Shown here piece by piece: positions 31,755 through 40,457 of a DNA stretch of 64,000 nt. The first letter of the stretch is position 1; the number at the start of each line of letters is the position of its first letter. The translations under genes and the position numbers were made by a program. The stretch spans positions 124,001 through 188,000 of IMG/VR virus record IMGVR_UViG_3300019458_000020; one strand, 5' to 3'. Under the pieces are notes generated by a model. It was given only the letters and a program-made list of their open reading frames with translations. It was not told the DNA's origin and did no database searches.

Positions 31755-32108
31755 TTACACACCAAATTCACGTAATTTTTGTTCAGCTAATCGTTCCCAT
31801 CTACGAACGGTGCTGGCAGAAGCATTCTTATAAGCTTTTCCAATGTCAAGAATAGACTTTATTTCATCAGTACTAGAAGCATTTTGTATTCTATCCTTTA
31901 TACTTTTCGATTCGTATTTATTGGGTCTTAACCAAGCTCTCTTTGGAACATAGAATGTGGGAACCGTTCCATACTTCATATATCGGTTCGACTCAATATT
32001 GACTTGTCTATTAATTTCGTCAATTTCTTGAGAAAGAGTATTCACACCTTCTGGTAATGGAGAATTATTTACCGCATTGGTGCTAAGGATTTCGTTTGAA
32101 TTATTCAT
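31755..32108 (-). CDS. Hypothetical protein
   Basis: ORF track; co-oriented operon. Confidence 0.55.
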   Translation of the reverse strand: MNNSNEILSTNAVNNSPLPEGVNTLSQEIDEINRQVNIESNRYMKYGTVPTFYVPKRAWLRPNKYESKSIKDRIQNASSTDEIKSILDIGKAYKNASASTVRRWERLAEQKLREFGV

Positions 32109-32114
32109 AACAAT

Positions 32115-32387
32115 TTACCAGATTCGATGAAGTTTTTTATTGAACGGTACAATTTCTACCTTTGTACCGTCTGGATGTTTATCTACAACTCTTTGCCAAA
32201 AATCCTTTTCTGTATAAGCGGCTGAGTCAATAACCACACCATTAACTGTGGTTTCGAGAGAATATTCTTTATCTGATACTCTATGTCCTCCACGAGTAAC
32301 AACATATTTTTCAGGTTGTTCCTCGGATATATTAGTTGCCGGATTCGGAACCACATCCGGAACAGTCTTCTTTGATGGTTTCGCCAT
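32115..32387 (-). CDS. Hypothetical protein
   Basis: ORF track; co-oriented operon. Confidence 0.55.
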   Translation of the reverse strand: MAKPSKKTVPDVVPNPATNISEEQPEKYVVTRGGHRVSDKEYSLETTVNGVVIDSAAYTEKDFWQRVVDKHPDGTKVEIVPFNKKLHRIW

Positions 32388-32390
32388 AAG

Positions 32391-32744
32391 TTATTTAGAC
32401 TTTTTTTGTTTTATTTGAGTTGTAATGAAATTAGCTAATTCTTTTGCTTTGTCATCGTTGATTATTACCATATCCGACCAAGGGTTTCCGGTTTTAATAA
32501 TATTCCAACACCATCGAATTCGTTCACGCCAACAAAGAGGACGATGACTACCCATAGTTTGCCAAACAGAAACCTCAAAACTTTTATTCGGCCCATCGAC
32601 CACTCTACAAACTTCAAGAATTTCACACCCACCATCACATTTAACATAATGTGACTTTGTAGTAAACTCGATGGGAGAAAATTTTATTTCTACGGTTTTC
32701 ATCTTTGGTATATTTACTATTCTCTTATTCTTCCGATTTGTCAA
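32391..32744 (-). CDS. Hypothetical protein
   Basis: ORF track; co-oriented operon. Confidence 0.55.
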   Translation of the reverse strand: MTNRKNKRIVNIPKMKTVEIKFSPIEFTTKSHYVKCDGGCEILEVCRVVDGPNKSFEVSVWQTMGSHRPLCWRERIRWCWNIIKTGNPWSDMVIINDDKAKELANFITTQIKQKKSK

Positions 32745-33216
32745 CTTCTAATTCCTGCTTAAAGTGATGAAACCGTTTTGTGCCGCCTTCGGGATGAATA
32801 GCAACGGAATCGTAATAAAATGCTTGAACTTGACCAAATGCTTCATTCCACACTCTCACTCCACCCAAAGGATACGATGGTTCTCCTATTTGATGATAGG
32901 AATAAAGATACATTTTATAAAAATCCGGATATCGAGCAACTAATACTCTTATTCCGATTGGAGTAGTAATATCAATTTTTTGATTATCTTTTACACCAAT
33001 AAAAACTTTATGAGTCGTTCCACTGTTTGAAAAGGTTTTTTCAACTCTATCGTAATAACTTTTTTCTTCTTCTGGTGTCTTGGGTTTTCTTCCTCGTTTT
33101 TTGGTATCAACGACTGGTTCTTCATTTAATTCCTCGGAAATCATTGATTTAAAGTCGTCAGTATTTTCTACGACGCCAGAAGATTTTTTTGTTGTTACGC
33201 TTTTCTTTTTCGACAT
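32725..33216 (-). CDS. Hypothetical protein
   Basis: ORF track; first gene after the sigma70-like promoter at 33226-33254. Confidence 0.6.
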   Translation of the reverse strand: MSKKKSVTTKKSSGVVENTDDFKSMISEELNEEPVVDTKKRGRKPKTPEEEKSYYDRVEKTFSNSGTTHKVFIGVKDNQKIDITTPIGIRVLVARYPDFYKMYLYSYHQIGEPSYPLGGVRVWNEAFGQVQAFYYDSVAIHPEGGTKRFHHFKQELEVDKSEE

Positions 33217-33225
33217 ATATGTTAT

Positions 33226-33254
33226 ATTGTAACATGGTTTAGATGTATTGTCAA
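33226..33254 (-). promoter_or_regulatory. Sigma70-like promoter TTGACA-17-TACAAT
   Basis: Direct read of both hexamers and the spacing. Confidence 0.75.
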
Positions 33255-33278
33255 GATGAATGATATTTATTAATTACC

Positions 33279-34637
33279 ATGAAATTATCAAAAATAGCAT
33301 CGCAAGTCATTAAGGAGAATGATGTTAAGTTGGATAGTTTGTCACAGGAGTTTGAAGTTTCTGAACCAACATTAGAGTCTCTAAAGGATGCCGTAGATAA
33401 ATTAAATGTCAAGGCAGCAAAATGGAAAGTTCCTCCACTGAAAATAGATGTGGTCAGCGAAAGAACCGAAAATACCACCGAAAAATCACCTTGGGGAGAC
33501 GATGAAGTAGTCGGCATAACCAAATTTCTAACCATCAAAATCGTTGGTGATGTTCCGAGAGTAGATGGATTTGAATTCGTTGGTAAAATAGAACATACCC
33601 CAACAGGAGAAAATATCTTAAATATTGCTCCCGGTTCGCCCGTCAAGAATCTTCCAGAATTATACAGAAATATCAAAGGCAAATGTGATGTCTGTCAATC
33701 GAATCGAGAAAGATTTAATACCTTCGTTTTACAATTGGAAAAAGAAAGCGAAAAGTTTCCTGACAAAAAAGCCGGAGACTTGATTCAGGTAGGAAGTGGT
33801 TGTTTGAAGAGATTTTTACCAAACATGAGTGTTGATTCTTTGGTAAATTATGCAAAAATGTTGTCTGGAATTCGTTTAATGAAGGATGAAGAACCTAAAG
33901 ATTCATTACGTGGAGATAAAAGTGCACCAGACCAATACAAAAATCATATACCAACGGATATTTTATTGAAATATGTGATTTTGGCATACGTTGGTACCGG
34001 AAAATTTGTATCAAAAAAGAAAGTAGATATCGCCAGCGGCGAAATTTCTACTGCTGAAGAAGCATTAAAGATGATGTTTGATAAGGATAGAGAAGAAAAT
34101 AACATTGTTAAAAGGTTGAAGGCGAATCCTCATTTATTAGACCACGCTAAGGATTTAGAAGGGAAGGTTAAAACGTGGATGGAGGCTACTAATTTTAACG
34201 ATTTTAGTAAAAGTAATCCTATTTTTTCTGACTATTACCACAACATAAACATTTTATCTAAATCACCAACTATTAACACTCGTAACGTCGGATATTTTGC
34301 GAGTATCTTATCAACTTATTTAAGAAATAATAAACCATCGAATGAAAAAACCGAAGATTCGGAAAAAACATTCGTGGGAAGAATCGGAGAAAGAATTAAC
34401 TTTCATGGAAAACTTTTAAGTATGAAGTCCTTTCCCAGTAAATTTGGATCTAACGTAACTTTGTATAAATTTGAAAATCTTGATGGTAACAGAATTGATT
34501 GGTGGTCTTCTCTCGACCCCGGATTCATTCAGGGAGAAATTTATTCTCTTTCTGGATTAGTTAAAGAACATAAAATCGACGGATATACGAAACTTCCGAC
34601 TACGATGGTCAAAAATGTCAAAATCAACAAAATGTAA
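33279..34637 (+). CDS. Hypothetical protein with CxxC and putative C-terminal OB-fold-like domain
   Basis: 452-aa plus-strand ORF; CDVC...R.; C-terminal FVGRIGERI...LYKFENLDGNRIDWWSS. Confidence 0.6.
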   Translation: MKLSKIASQVIKENDVKLDSLSQEFEVSEPTLESLKDAVDKLNVKAAKWKVPPLKIDVVSERTENTTEKSPWGDDEVVGITKFLTIKIVGDVPRVDGFEFVGKIEHTPTGENILNIAPGSPVKNLPELYRNIKGKCDVCQSNRERFNTFVLQLEKESEKFPDKKAGDLIQVGSGCLKRFLPNMSVDSLVNYAKMLSGIRLMKDEEPKDSLRGDKSAPDQYKNHIPTDILLKYVILAYVGTGKFVSKKKVDIASGEISTAEEALKMMFDKDREENNIVKRLKANPHLLDHAKDLEGKVKTWMEATNFNDFSKSNPIFSDYYHNINILSKSPTINTRNVGYFASILSTYLRNNKPSNEKTEDSEKTFVGRIGERINFHGKLLSMKSFPSKFGSNVTLYKFENLDGNRIDWWSSLDPGFIQGEIYSLSGLVKEHKIDGYTKLPTTMVKNVKINKM

Positions 34638-34722
34638 GAATGCCTTAACTCGTAGTGAACAAATAAAACTACATTATGGATGTTTATTGCGTCTTATTAA
34701 AGAACAATCTATTCCTAAAAAG

Positions 34723-34762
34723 AAAAAACCCGTTGGAATTTTGTTCCAACGGGCGTTTTTTT
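34723..34762. terminator. Bidirectional intrinsic terminator
   Basis: AAAAAA CCCGTTGGAA TTTTG TTCCAACGGG CG TTTTTT between convergent genes. Confidence 0.85.
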
Positions 34763-34774
34763 GTTTAAAAGGAA

Positions 34775-35491
34775 TTATACGTGCTCTACTTCTCCCTTAA
34801 CATCTCTATAATACCATTGGTCATATTCGGCACGACATGAAGTATAATCTGCTTGATGAATTACTCTTGGTAAGTTAGTTCTCAAATAATGGTCAGGATT
34901 ATATTGTTTCAAATATCTCTCTGCCGCTTCATTATACATTCCATCTGCTAACTTAATGCCAAGATATTCTTTCCAAGACATCGGAATTCCATTCTTCTGA
35001 AGAATGAAAACTGCACGGTCAGTAACTTCCATATATTGAATATTAGAATTCAACTTATAAAGTTCTCCCTTTCTTGCTTTCCAATCTTGGTCTTGTTGAA
35101 CATAGTATTCTCCTTGTTCCAAGTCTCCTAATTTTCCTAAATCATGATGCATGGCAGCAAAAACCATTTCTTCGTCGGTAAAATCAATGACACAACCCGC
35201 CATTTCAAATAGTTTTTTACATCCAAATGAAAGTTTAATAACGTGCATGATATGAATCAAATATCCGCCTGGTTGAGCCAAATGGAAGTGTTCACACACA
35301 GAAGCCGGAGACATCAATGCAGTCATTCCGTATTCTTCCGGTGAATAAAGTTTCAGAAGTTTTTTTCGTCTATCACCGGTAAAAGATGATTTTACACAGT
35401 CAATAAATTCTTCATAGTTTTGTTGAAGTTCTACTTCCGTTAATACAGGTTTTTCAATCATACACACATTATAATATGACATCAAATACAA
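34775..35491 (-). CDS. HD-domain phosphohydrolase, YhaM/Cbf1-like (no OB fold)
   Basis: H..QPGGYLIHIMHV; AAMHHDLGKLG; IHQADY. Confidence 0.8.
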   Translation of the reverse strand: MYLMSYYNVCMIEKPVLTEVELQQNYEEFIDCVKSSFTGDRRKKLLKLYSPEEYGMTALMSPASVCEHFHLAQPGGYLIHIMHVIKLSFGCKKLFEMAGCVIDFTDEEMVFAAMHHDLGKLGDLEQGEYYVQQDQDWKARKGELYKLNSNIQYMEVTDRAVFILQKNGIPMSWKEYLGIKLADGMYNEAAERYLKQYNPDHYLRTNLPRVIHQADYTSCRAEYDQWYYRDVKGEVEHV

Positions 35492-36078
35492 TTCAAATTA
35501 TAATAAATCTGTTACCTTCTTTTATTTATATTTATTTCATTATGAGTAACAACAATTCGCCATTTGGTCATTATAATGCTTGGAGATCGGGCCCTGCCCA
35601 TCGTTCTGAAATCGACGAAGAAGAAGCGTTGATGCAGAGAATTATTCAAGAGCAGGTTGCTGCTCAAAACGCCGCTGCTGCGGCAGCAGCAGCCGCTGGG
35701 GCTGGAGGAACTCCACCATACAGATTTTTTAATCCTGTTGCTCCTATTGCTCCTACGGCAACGTCAGCATCGCAAGTCAGCGGAACCTTGTCTGTAAGAA
35801 TTGCGTGGACAAGTGCAGATAATGACGGAGAAGGATTTGTATTACAACGTTCAACAAATAATGGAACTTCGTGGAATACATTACCCTCGACGGGTTCAAT
35901 TACAACAGGCTCATTTGCTGCTGGAACAGTTGTAACATACCTCGATAAGACTGTATTTACGCCAAGTACTTCTTCTTATAGAATTTTCGCTGTTAAATTG
36001 AACGTCGCTACGCCTTCTAGTTCGAGCTTCAGCGTTTCATCCAGCGTATTTGTATTAAGTGGTTCTATCGTTCCATAA
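35476..36078 (+). CDS. Fn3-like domain protein with poly-Ala linker (start probably 35542)
   Basis: IAWTS...GFVLQRS....W...YLD.....YRIFA Fn3 pattern; QNAAAAAAAAAGAGG. Confidence 0.55.
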   Translation: MTSNTIQIIINLLPSFIYIYFIMSNNNSPFGHYNAWRSGPAHRSEIDEEEALMQRIIQEQVAAQNAAAAAAAAAGAGGTPPYRFFNPVAPIAPTATSASQVSGTLSVRIAWTSADNDGEGFVLQRSTNNGTSWNTLPSTGSITTGSFAAGTVVTYLDKTVFTPSTSSYRIFAVKLNVATPSSSSFSVSSSVFVLSGSIVP

Positions 36079-36092
36079 TTAAATTATTGCAC

Positions 36093-36125
36093 AAAAAAGA
36101 GCCGGATTTTATTCCGGCTCTTTTT
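36093..36125. terminator. Bidirectional intrinsic terminator closing the tRNA island
   Basis: AAAAAA GAGCCGGA TTTTAT TCCGGCTC TTTTT. Confidence 0.85.
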
Positions 36126-36136
36126 GTTTTATAAAT

Positions 36137-36223
36137 TGGCGGATGGTGTAGGTCCCGCCCCCAAGACCCGTAGGCCCCATCTGATTTCGAATCAGTGATG
36201 AACACTCATTCATTTCACCATCC
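36137..36223 (-). tRNA. trnS: tRNA-Ser(CGA), atypical T-loop GGCGGGA
   Basis: Anticodon loop TT-CGA-AA, long variable arm, encoded CCA. Confidence 0.8.
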
Positions 36224-36229
36224 GTAAAG

Positions 36230-36317
36230 TGGCGGAGAGTAGAGGGATCGAACCCCTGCATCCCGAAGGATGGCCACAGATTTCCAATCTGGCTCATTGC
36301 CACTCTGACAACTCTCC
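36230..36317 (-). tRNA. trnS: tRNA-Ser(GGA)
   Basis: TT-GGA-AA loop, long variable arm, TTCGATC T-loop, CCA. Confidence 0.92.
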
Positions 36318-36496
36318 AATGGTGACGAAACTTATTACCTACTCCGAATCACGTCGTAGTGCGCATGTTCTGCTTTAGGTCAGCATCTACCTATACGATC
36401 TTCGATTGAACTAAACAATCTACTTATTACTCGTATTTACACCGTTAGTATAAAATACAGCGGCGATTGATATTAGGCGTCCATCACCTACGGATA

Positions 36497-36525
36497 AATA
36501 TATCACCAAAGAGAAAAATTGTCAA
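36497..36525 (-). promoter_or_regulatory. Sigma70-like promoter TTGACA-17-TATATT
   Basis: Direct read; drives the 36320-36490 leader and two Ser tRNAs. Confidence 0.7.
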
Positions 36526-36530
36526 TAAAA

Positions 36531-36890
36531 TTAACGAAACCAAAGTGATTCTTCTGGATTTAACTTACCGTCTTTGAATCTCTTTTCCCAGTCTATAGAT
36601 TTTTCTCCTAAAGCGAGTGATTCCATTATATGATGTTTGATTCGAAGACTTTTCTTATAGATAATTCTTTCTGCTTCAGATAGATATTCTTCTACACAAA
36701 CCTTACATTCATTAAAATCTTTTGCGTCTTGGTCATTAATACAAACATCGCACCCTCCGCCGTTACAAGAACCATTATGACATTCAGGACAAATGATTAT
36801 GGCAATGTCACACAGGTCACACCACACAATAGGATATTTTCCTCTCCACTTTTCAAGAAATGGGTCAACGATTAATTGATTGTTATTCAT
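36531..36890 (-). CDS. Hypothetical Cys-rich protein
   Basis: CDLC, CPEC..GSCNGGGCDVC motifs. Confidence 0.6.
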   Translation of the reverse strand: MNNNQLIVDPFLEKWRGKYPIVWCDLCDIAIIICPECHNGSCNGGGCDVCINDQDAKDFNECKVCVEEYLSEAERIIYKKSLRIKHHIMESLALGEKSIDWEKRFKDGKLNPEESLWFR

Positions 36891-37117
36891 TTTATGCCTA
36901 ATGCTTTTCTTTCTTGTAATATTCTCTGATGTTCACGATTACAATTGTCATGATGGGCTTTTAATCCACTTATTTTTGCACACACAATACACTCATATCC
37001 TGTATCCGAATCTCCACCAGCCCAGCCAGGATAATATATACAGTTTTCTTTTAAAGTCAGTTGACCACATTTCATACATGTGGCAGACTTGAACCAATTA
37101 ATAATTCGTTTAATCAT
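36887..37117 (-). CDS. Hypothetical Zn-ribbon protein
   Basis: CMKC...CIVC. Confidence 0.55.
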   Translation of the reverse strand: MIKRIINWFKSATCMKCGQLTLKENCIYYPGWAGGDSDTGYECIVCAKISGLKAHHDNCNREHQRILQERKALGIK

Positions 37118-37124
37118 ATTTTTA

Positions 37125-38207
37125 TCATTGTTTATAATCTACGTTTAAAATTTTGACCGATAGTTGTCTTCCAAGAACAGAAGAATAACGTGGTTTACAC
37201 GGTCGAAGAACGATTCCCTCTCCGTTATTTTTTCCATACTTAAAATTATTAGCAATTTCCTGTAGTCGTGCTACATTCCAAGTTTCATCTAAAATAAAAC
37301 AGTCTCCAATTTGGTCAACTGTTGGAATATCCAATATTGCACAAGTCAACACAATTTGTCCCCAATCGAGCCATGCGCCATTGTCCAAATCACGAATATT
37401 GAATACACGGAATGATTTTTCCGATATTTCCATTTTGTTTCCCTGAATGGTTGGTCCAACGGCCTCGGCCTGAATTGCAATATTTCGATTGAACTTGGTC
37501 AGTTTCTCAACCAAATTTAACTTATTCACGATTGACCAAAACCCCGTTCCTTCTTTTTGTTCTAGTTTTCGGCTACAAACACGAACCTTTCCATCTTGAT
37601 AAATGATAGTACAAGAACTACCATCGGCCTTGCCTGTGATATAACACAAATCGCCACGAAGTTCATTCAATACTTCATCACCATAATTTAATAGATTGTG
37701 TTCATCCGTCATTGGTATAAGATTTGTTGGAAAATTACCTACTGCTTCAGAACTAATTGGTTCTGGCTTTTCGTATTTGATGATACCAAGAATTTCAGTA
37801 ACGTCGTCGCCCTCCTTTAGATTAGCGATGTTTTTTTCAACTTGAAATACCTCATTACCAATTTCTTTTGAATTTTTAAGAAGAATATCACACGGACATA
37901 CCAATCCCTGAGATGGTGCCCCTTTGAATCTACAATTCCAGATCCGATACTTTTGACGTTCCAAAAAAGAAAAAAATGGATTGGTAGAAGGAACAATGGT
38001 GTCAATAGTAATAAAAACAACCAAATCACCTTCTTTGAATTCGCCTTTCTTGATAACGACCGGCCATTCTTTGATTTTGGCTACCTCTAATCTTTCAACC
38101 TCTTTATTAGGATGTGGTTGAATCAAGTGGATTCTTTGAATTGTTGCTAAATTTTTCATTAGATGTATAAAATTTCGTCGGTTTTTACTAAAAAATATTG
38201 ATAACAA
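37125..38207 (-). CDS. RNA ligase, DRB0094 (Rnl2-like) family; start probably MKNLATIQ
   Basis: LATIQRI...PHP..ERLEVAKI..W.VVIKKGEFKEGDLVVF; motif I ITGKADGSS; AEAVG..IQGN; GEGIVLRP; VKILN. Confidence 0.88.
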   Translation of the reverse strand: MLSIFFSKNRRNFIHLMKNLATIQRIHLIQPHPNKEVERLEVAKIKEWPVVIKKGEFKEGDLVVFITIDTIVPSTNPFFSFLERQKYRIWNCRFKGAPSQGLVCPCDILLKNSKEIGNEVFQVEKNIANLKEGDDVTEILGIIKYEKPEPISSEAVGNFPTNLIPMTDEHNLLNYGDEVLNELRGDLCYITGKADGSSCTIIYQDGKVRVCSRKLEQKEGTGFWSIVNKLNLVEKLTKFNRNIAIQAEAVGPTIQGNKMEISEKSFRVFNIRDLDNGAWLDWGQIVLTCAILDIPTVDQIGDCFILDETWNVARLQEIANNFKYGKNNGEGIVLRPCKPRYSSVLGRQLSVKILNVDYKQ

Positions 38208-38351
38208 GACCCACCATCTCGTCTCACATACGACATGCCGTTACAAAAGTGACAAACGAGTTCTAAAGAATGAGTTTTCCATTTTATTTGTTTCATGGGG
38301 ATTAATATACGAGATTTTTAGAAAAAGTCAAGAAGTTATGAGGAAGAAAAT

Positions 38352-38425
38352 TGGCTGGGGATGATGGAGTTGAACCACCGTCTTTCGATTCAGAGCCGAT
38401 TATAATACCGTTATACTAATCCCCA
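38352..38425 (-). tRNA. trnQ: tRNA-Gln(CTG)
   Basis: CT-CTG-AA loop; TGGGGAT acceptor; CCA. Confidence 0.9.
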
Positions 38426-38430
38426 ATAAA

Positions 38431-38586
38431 TTATGGCCAGTTGGTTACGTTAAACCAAGCCCGGCAACCTTGTCCATCGAATGTAGAATATCCTTCGATC
38501 CATCTTTGTTCTACTGGTTTCGGTTCCGCCACCTTAACCGTCTTTTTCTTGGACCTAATAACCTTGGATTTCTTTTTCGATTTCAT
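38431..38586 (-). CDS. Small basic hypothetical protein (51 aa)
   Basis: Manually read MKSKKKSKVIRSKKKTVKVAEPKPVEQRWIEGYSTFDGQGCRAWFNVTNWP*. Confidence 0.45.
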   Translation of the reverse strand: MKSKKKSKVIRSKKKTVKVAEPKPVEQRWIEGYSTFDGQGCRAWFNVTNWP

Positions 38587-38815
38587 AAAATTGGTGTTCC
38601 GTTTGGGAATTCAACCCATAGTTTCTTAATCCATTCAATTTCTTTGGATTCAAACACTCACGTAACTTCATGAAGGCGACAAACTCTTCAATCCACCACC
38701 CAAATACACGCTCTATGAACACCATCAGATTGTCATCCCTACTATGTTCGACAGCAGTGCATCCAGCAAGACCATATTGGTTTGGTGGTTTTTGTTTGTG
38801 TTTCCTTTGAAACAA
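38555..38815 (-). CDS. Hypothetical protein
   Basis: ORF track; co-oriented. Confidence 0.4.
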   Translation of the reverse strand: MFQRKHKQKPPNQYGLAGCTAVEHSRDDNLMVFIERVFGWWIEEFVAFMKLRECLNPKKLNGLRNYGLNSQTEHQFYEIEKEIQGY

Positions 38816-39100
38816 CCTAACACTAAAATCGTGAGAGTAGTTACCTACTCCCGAGCACCCCCTATGGTGCGCCGTTCCTGAGAGGCGTCGGAGGTTTATT
38901 AAAAAATTACAAGATGCCAGATTTACTCTTATCTGAGTGTAGAGTTTACAACTAACAACGTTGGATGACTTTTATTGTAACATCACCTACAACCTACCAT
39001 CGGTAGGATTTATGTGCCTCTCGGCTTTTCTTTTATAATAGTTTGCTGCTGTAACAGCATCTTATTTCATAATAATAATGTCATACATTACCATTACAAA

Positions 39101-39190
39101 TGGTTGCGGAGCGTTGGAGTTACACCAACCATAGAGACTTTCATCTCCCACCTTATGAGGGTGGCCAGCATCTTCCGGCTTGTGCCCGCG
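39101..39190 (-). tRNA. trnM: Atypical tRNA-Met(CAT): C1.A72 mismatch, bulged acceptor, long variable arm
   Basis: CCACC CTCATAA GGTGG anticodon arm; GAGATGAAAGTCTC extra arm; TGTAACT T-loop; CCA. Confidence 0.75.
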
Positions 39191-39208
39191 AAATCAAAGA
39201 ACAAAAAT

Positions 39209-39284
39209 TGGTAGCGGATAAAAGAATCGCACTTTTCTAAAAATGCTTATGAGACATTCCAGTTCACTAGAACTGTAATCCGCA
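39209..39284 (-). tRNA. trnM: tRNA-Met(CAT)
   Basis: AATGT CTCATAA GCATT; 1:72 mismatch; TGCGATT T-loop; CCA. Confidence 0.8.
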
Positions 39285-39302
39285 GTAAATTCATCTATAA
39301 AT

Positions 39303-39331
39303 ATAATACACTCGAACAAATCGATTGTCAA
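39303..39331 (-). promoter_or_regulatory. Sigma70-like promoter TTGACA-17-TATTAT
   Basis: Direct read; immediately upstream of two Met tRNAs. Confidence 0.7.
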
Positions 39332-39780
39332 ATCAAATTCCAGAGAGTTTTTAAAGATTCATCTGGTGTTTGACGGGTAGTGTTGATAGGTATAAAATTC
39401 TCCAAAGGTTCTTCGAACTCTTTGCAGTGGAAGGATTCACGGCCACGAACTTCGTTAGTATAAACATAAATTTCTTTTATACCAAATTGAGATTTCTTGA
39501 ATTTTTCTCTAACTTCTCTATAAGGATTTACTGTTGAAATGATGACACAAATACCTTGGTTATTAATATGTCTTACTAAATTTTGAAGTATTTCAGTTTG
39601 TTGAATTCTATATTCTTTGGTAAAATTTTCCTTATTGTAAGAATTACCAAATATTGTTCTAAGGTCGTCTCCATCGAGATGAAGAATCGTATCAGACCCT
39701 AACGCTTCGAATGCGTTTTTTAATTTTTTAGCTAATGTGGTCTTTCCACAACCAGGCTGACCTATGAACCAATATATCAT
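39328..39780 (-). CDS. cysC: Adenylyl-sulfate kinase (CysC)-like P-loop kinase
   Basis: IYWFIGQPGCGKTTLA; LDGDDLR; ISTVNPYREVR; FEEP. Confidence 0.75.
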   Translation of the reverse strand: MIYWFIGQPGCGKTTLAKKLKNAFEALGSDTILHLDGDDLRTIFGNSYNKENFTKEYRIQQTEILQNLVRHINNQGICVIISTVNPYREVREKFKKSQFGIKEIYVYTNEVRGRESFHCKEFEEPLENFIPINTTRQTPDESLKTLWNLI

Positions 39781-39804
39781 AAAATAATTGTTGATGTTTC
39801 TTTT

Positions 39805-40368
39805 TTATTTTTTTACAAAATCGATTTTATTCCAATCATCCATTCTTGCACTTAATCCATCACAAAGATGCAAAATCCAAGCAACTTTTGTGTTCGGAGA
39901 AACCGGACTTCCCCATTCTCTATGTCCGTGGTGAGCTAAAATTGCATGTAAAACCGAGTCGTGATATTTTGATTTTACTTCGGGGAAAGATTCTACAGCG
40001 TGACTCCACATTAAAGCCGAACGAGAGATATGATGAATCATTCGTTTATGAACTGTAGGGCCCCAAACGTTAAAATCTTTCTTTTCATAATCATGAATTT
40101 TTCCAACATCATGATACAAAGCAGCAAGAAACAATTCCACGTCATCTACATCTTTTAGCTTTAAAGTTTCTTTGGTAGAAAAACAAAGACGAATAACTTC
40201 TAATGTGTGTTCGGATAATCCATTATCACGATAATGATGATGGTCTGATTTTGCACTTCCCGACCATGTTTGGGGTCGATGGTCATGTAATACATGATGT
40301 ATTAAACTAATAACATCACTTGAAAAGTGAAATGTTTTTGCTAAGTCGTATATTTCATCTACAAACAT
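39805..40368 (-). CDS. HD-domain phosphohydrolase, YhaM/Cbf1-like (no OB fold)
   Basis: HHHY..GLSEHTLEV; LYHDVGKI; ILAHHG..EWGSPV.P; LHLCD.LSA. Start reset to 40368 because the longer ORF overlaps tRNA-Ala. Confidence 0.85.
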   Translation of the reverse strand: MFVDEIYDLAKTFHFSSDVISLIHHVLHDHRPQTWSGSAKSDHHHYRDNGLSEHTLEVIRLCFSTKETLKLKDVDDVELFLAALYHDVGKIHDYEKKDFNVWGPTVHKRMIHHISRSALMWSHAVESFPEVKSKYHDSVLHAILAHHGHREWGSPVSPNTKVAWILHLCDGLSARMDDWNKIDFVKK

Positions 40369-40380
40369 AAAATCAAATCT

Positions 40381-40454
40381 TGGTGGAGCCAAAGAGAATT
40401 GAACCCTTATCTATTCATTGCGAATGAATCATCCTCCCGTTGAACGATGACCCC
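40381..40454 (-). tRNA. trnA: tRNA-Ala(CGC)
   Basis: TT-CGC-AA loop; G3.U70 present; CCA. Confidence 0.92.
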
Positions 40455-40457
40455 ACA

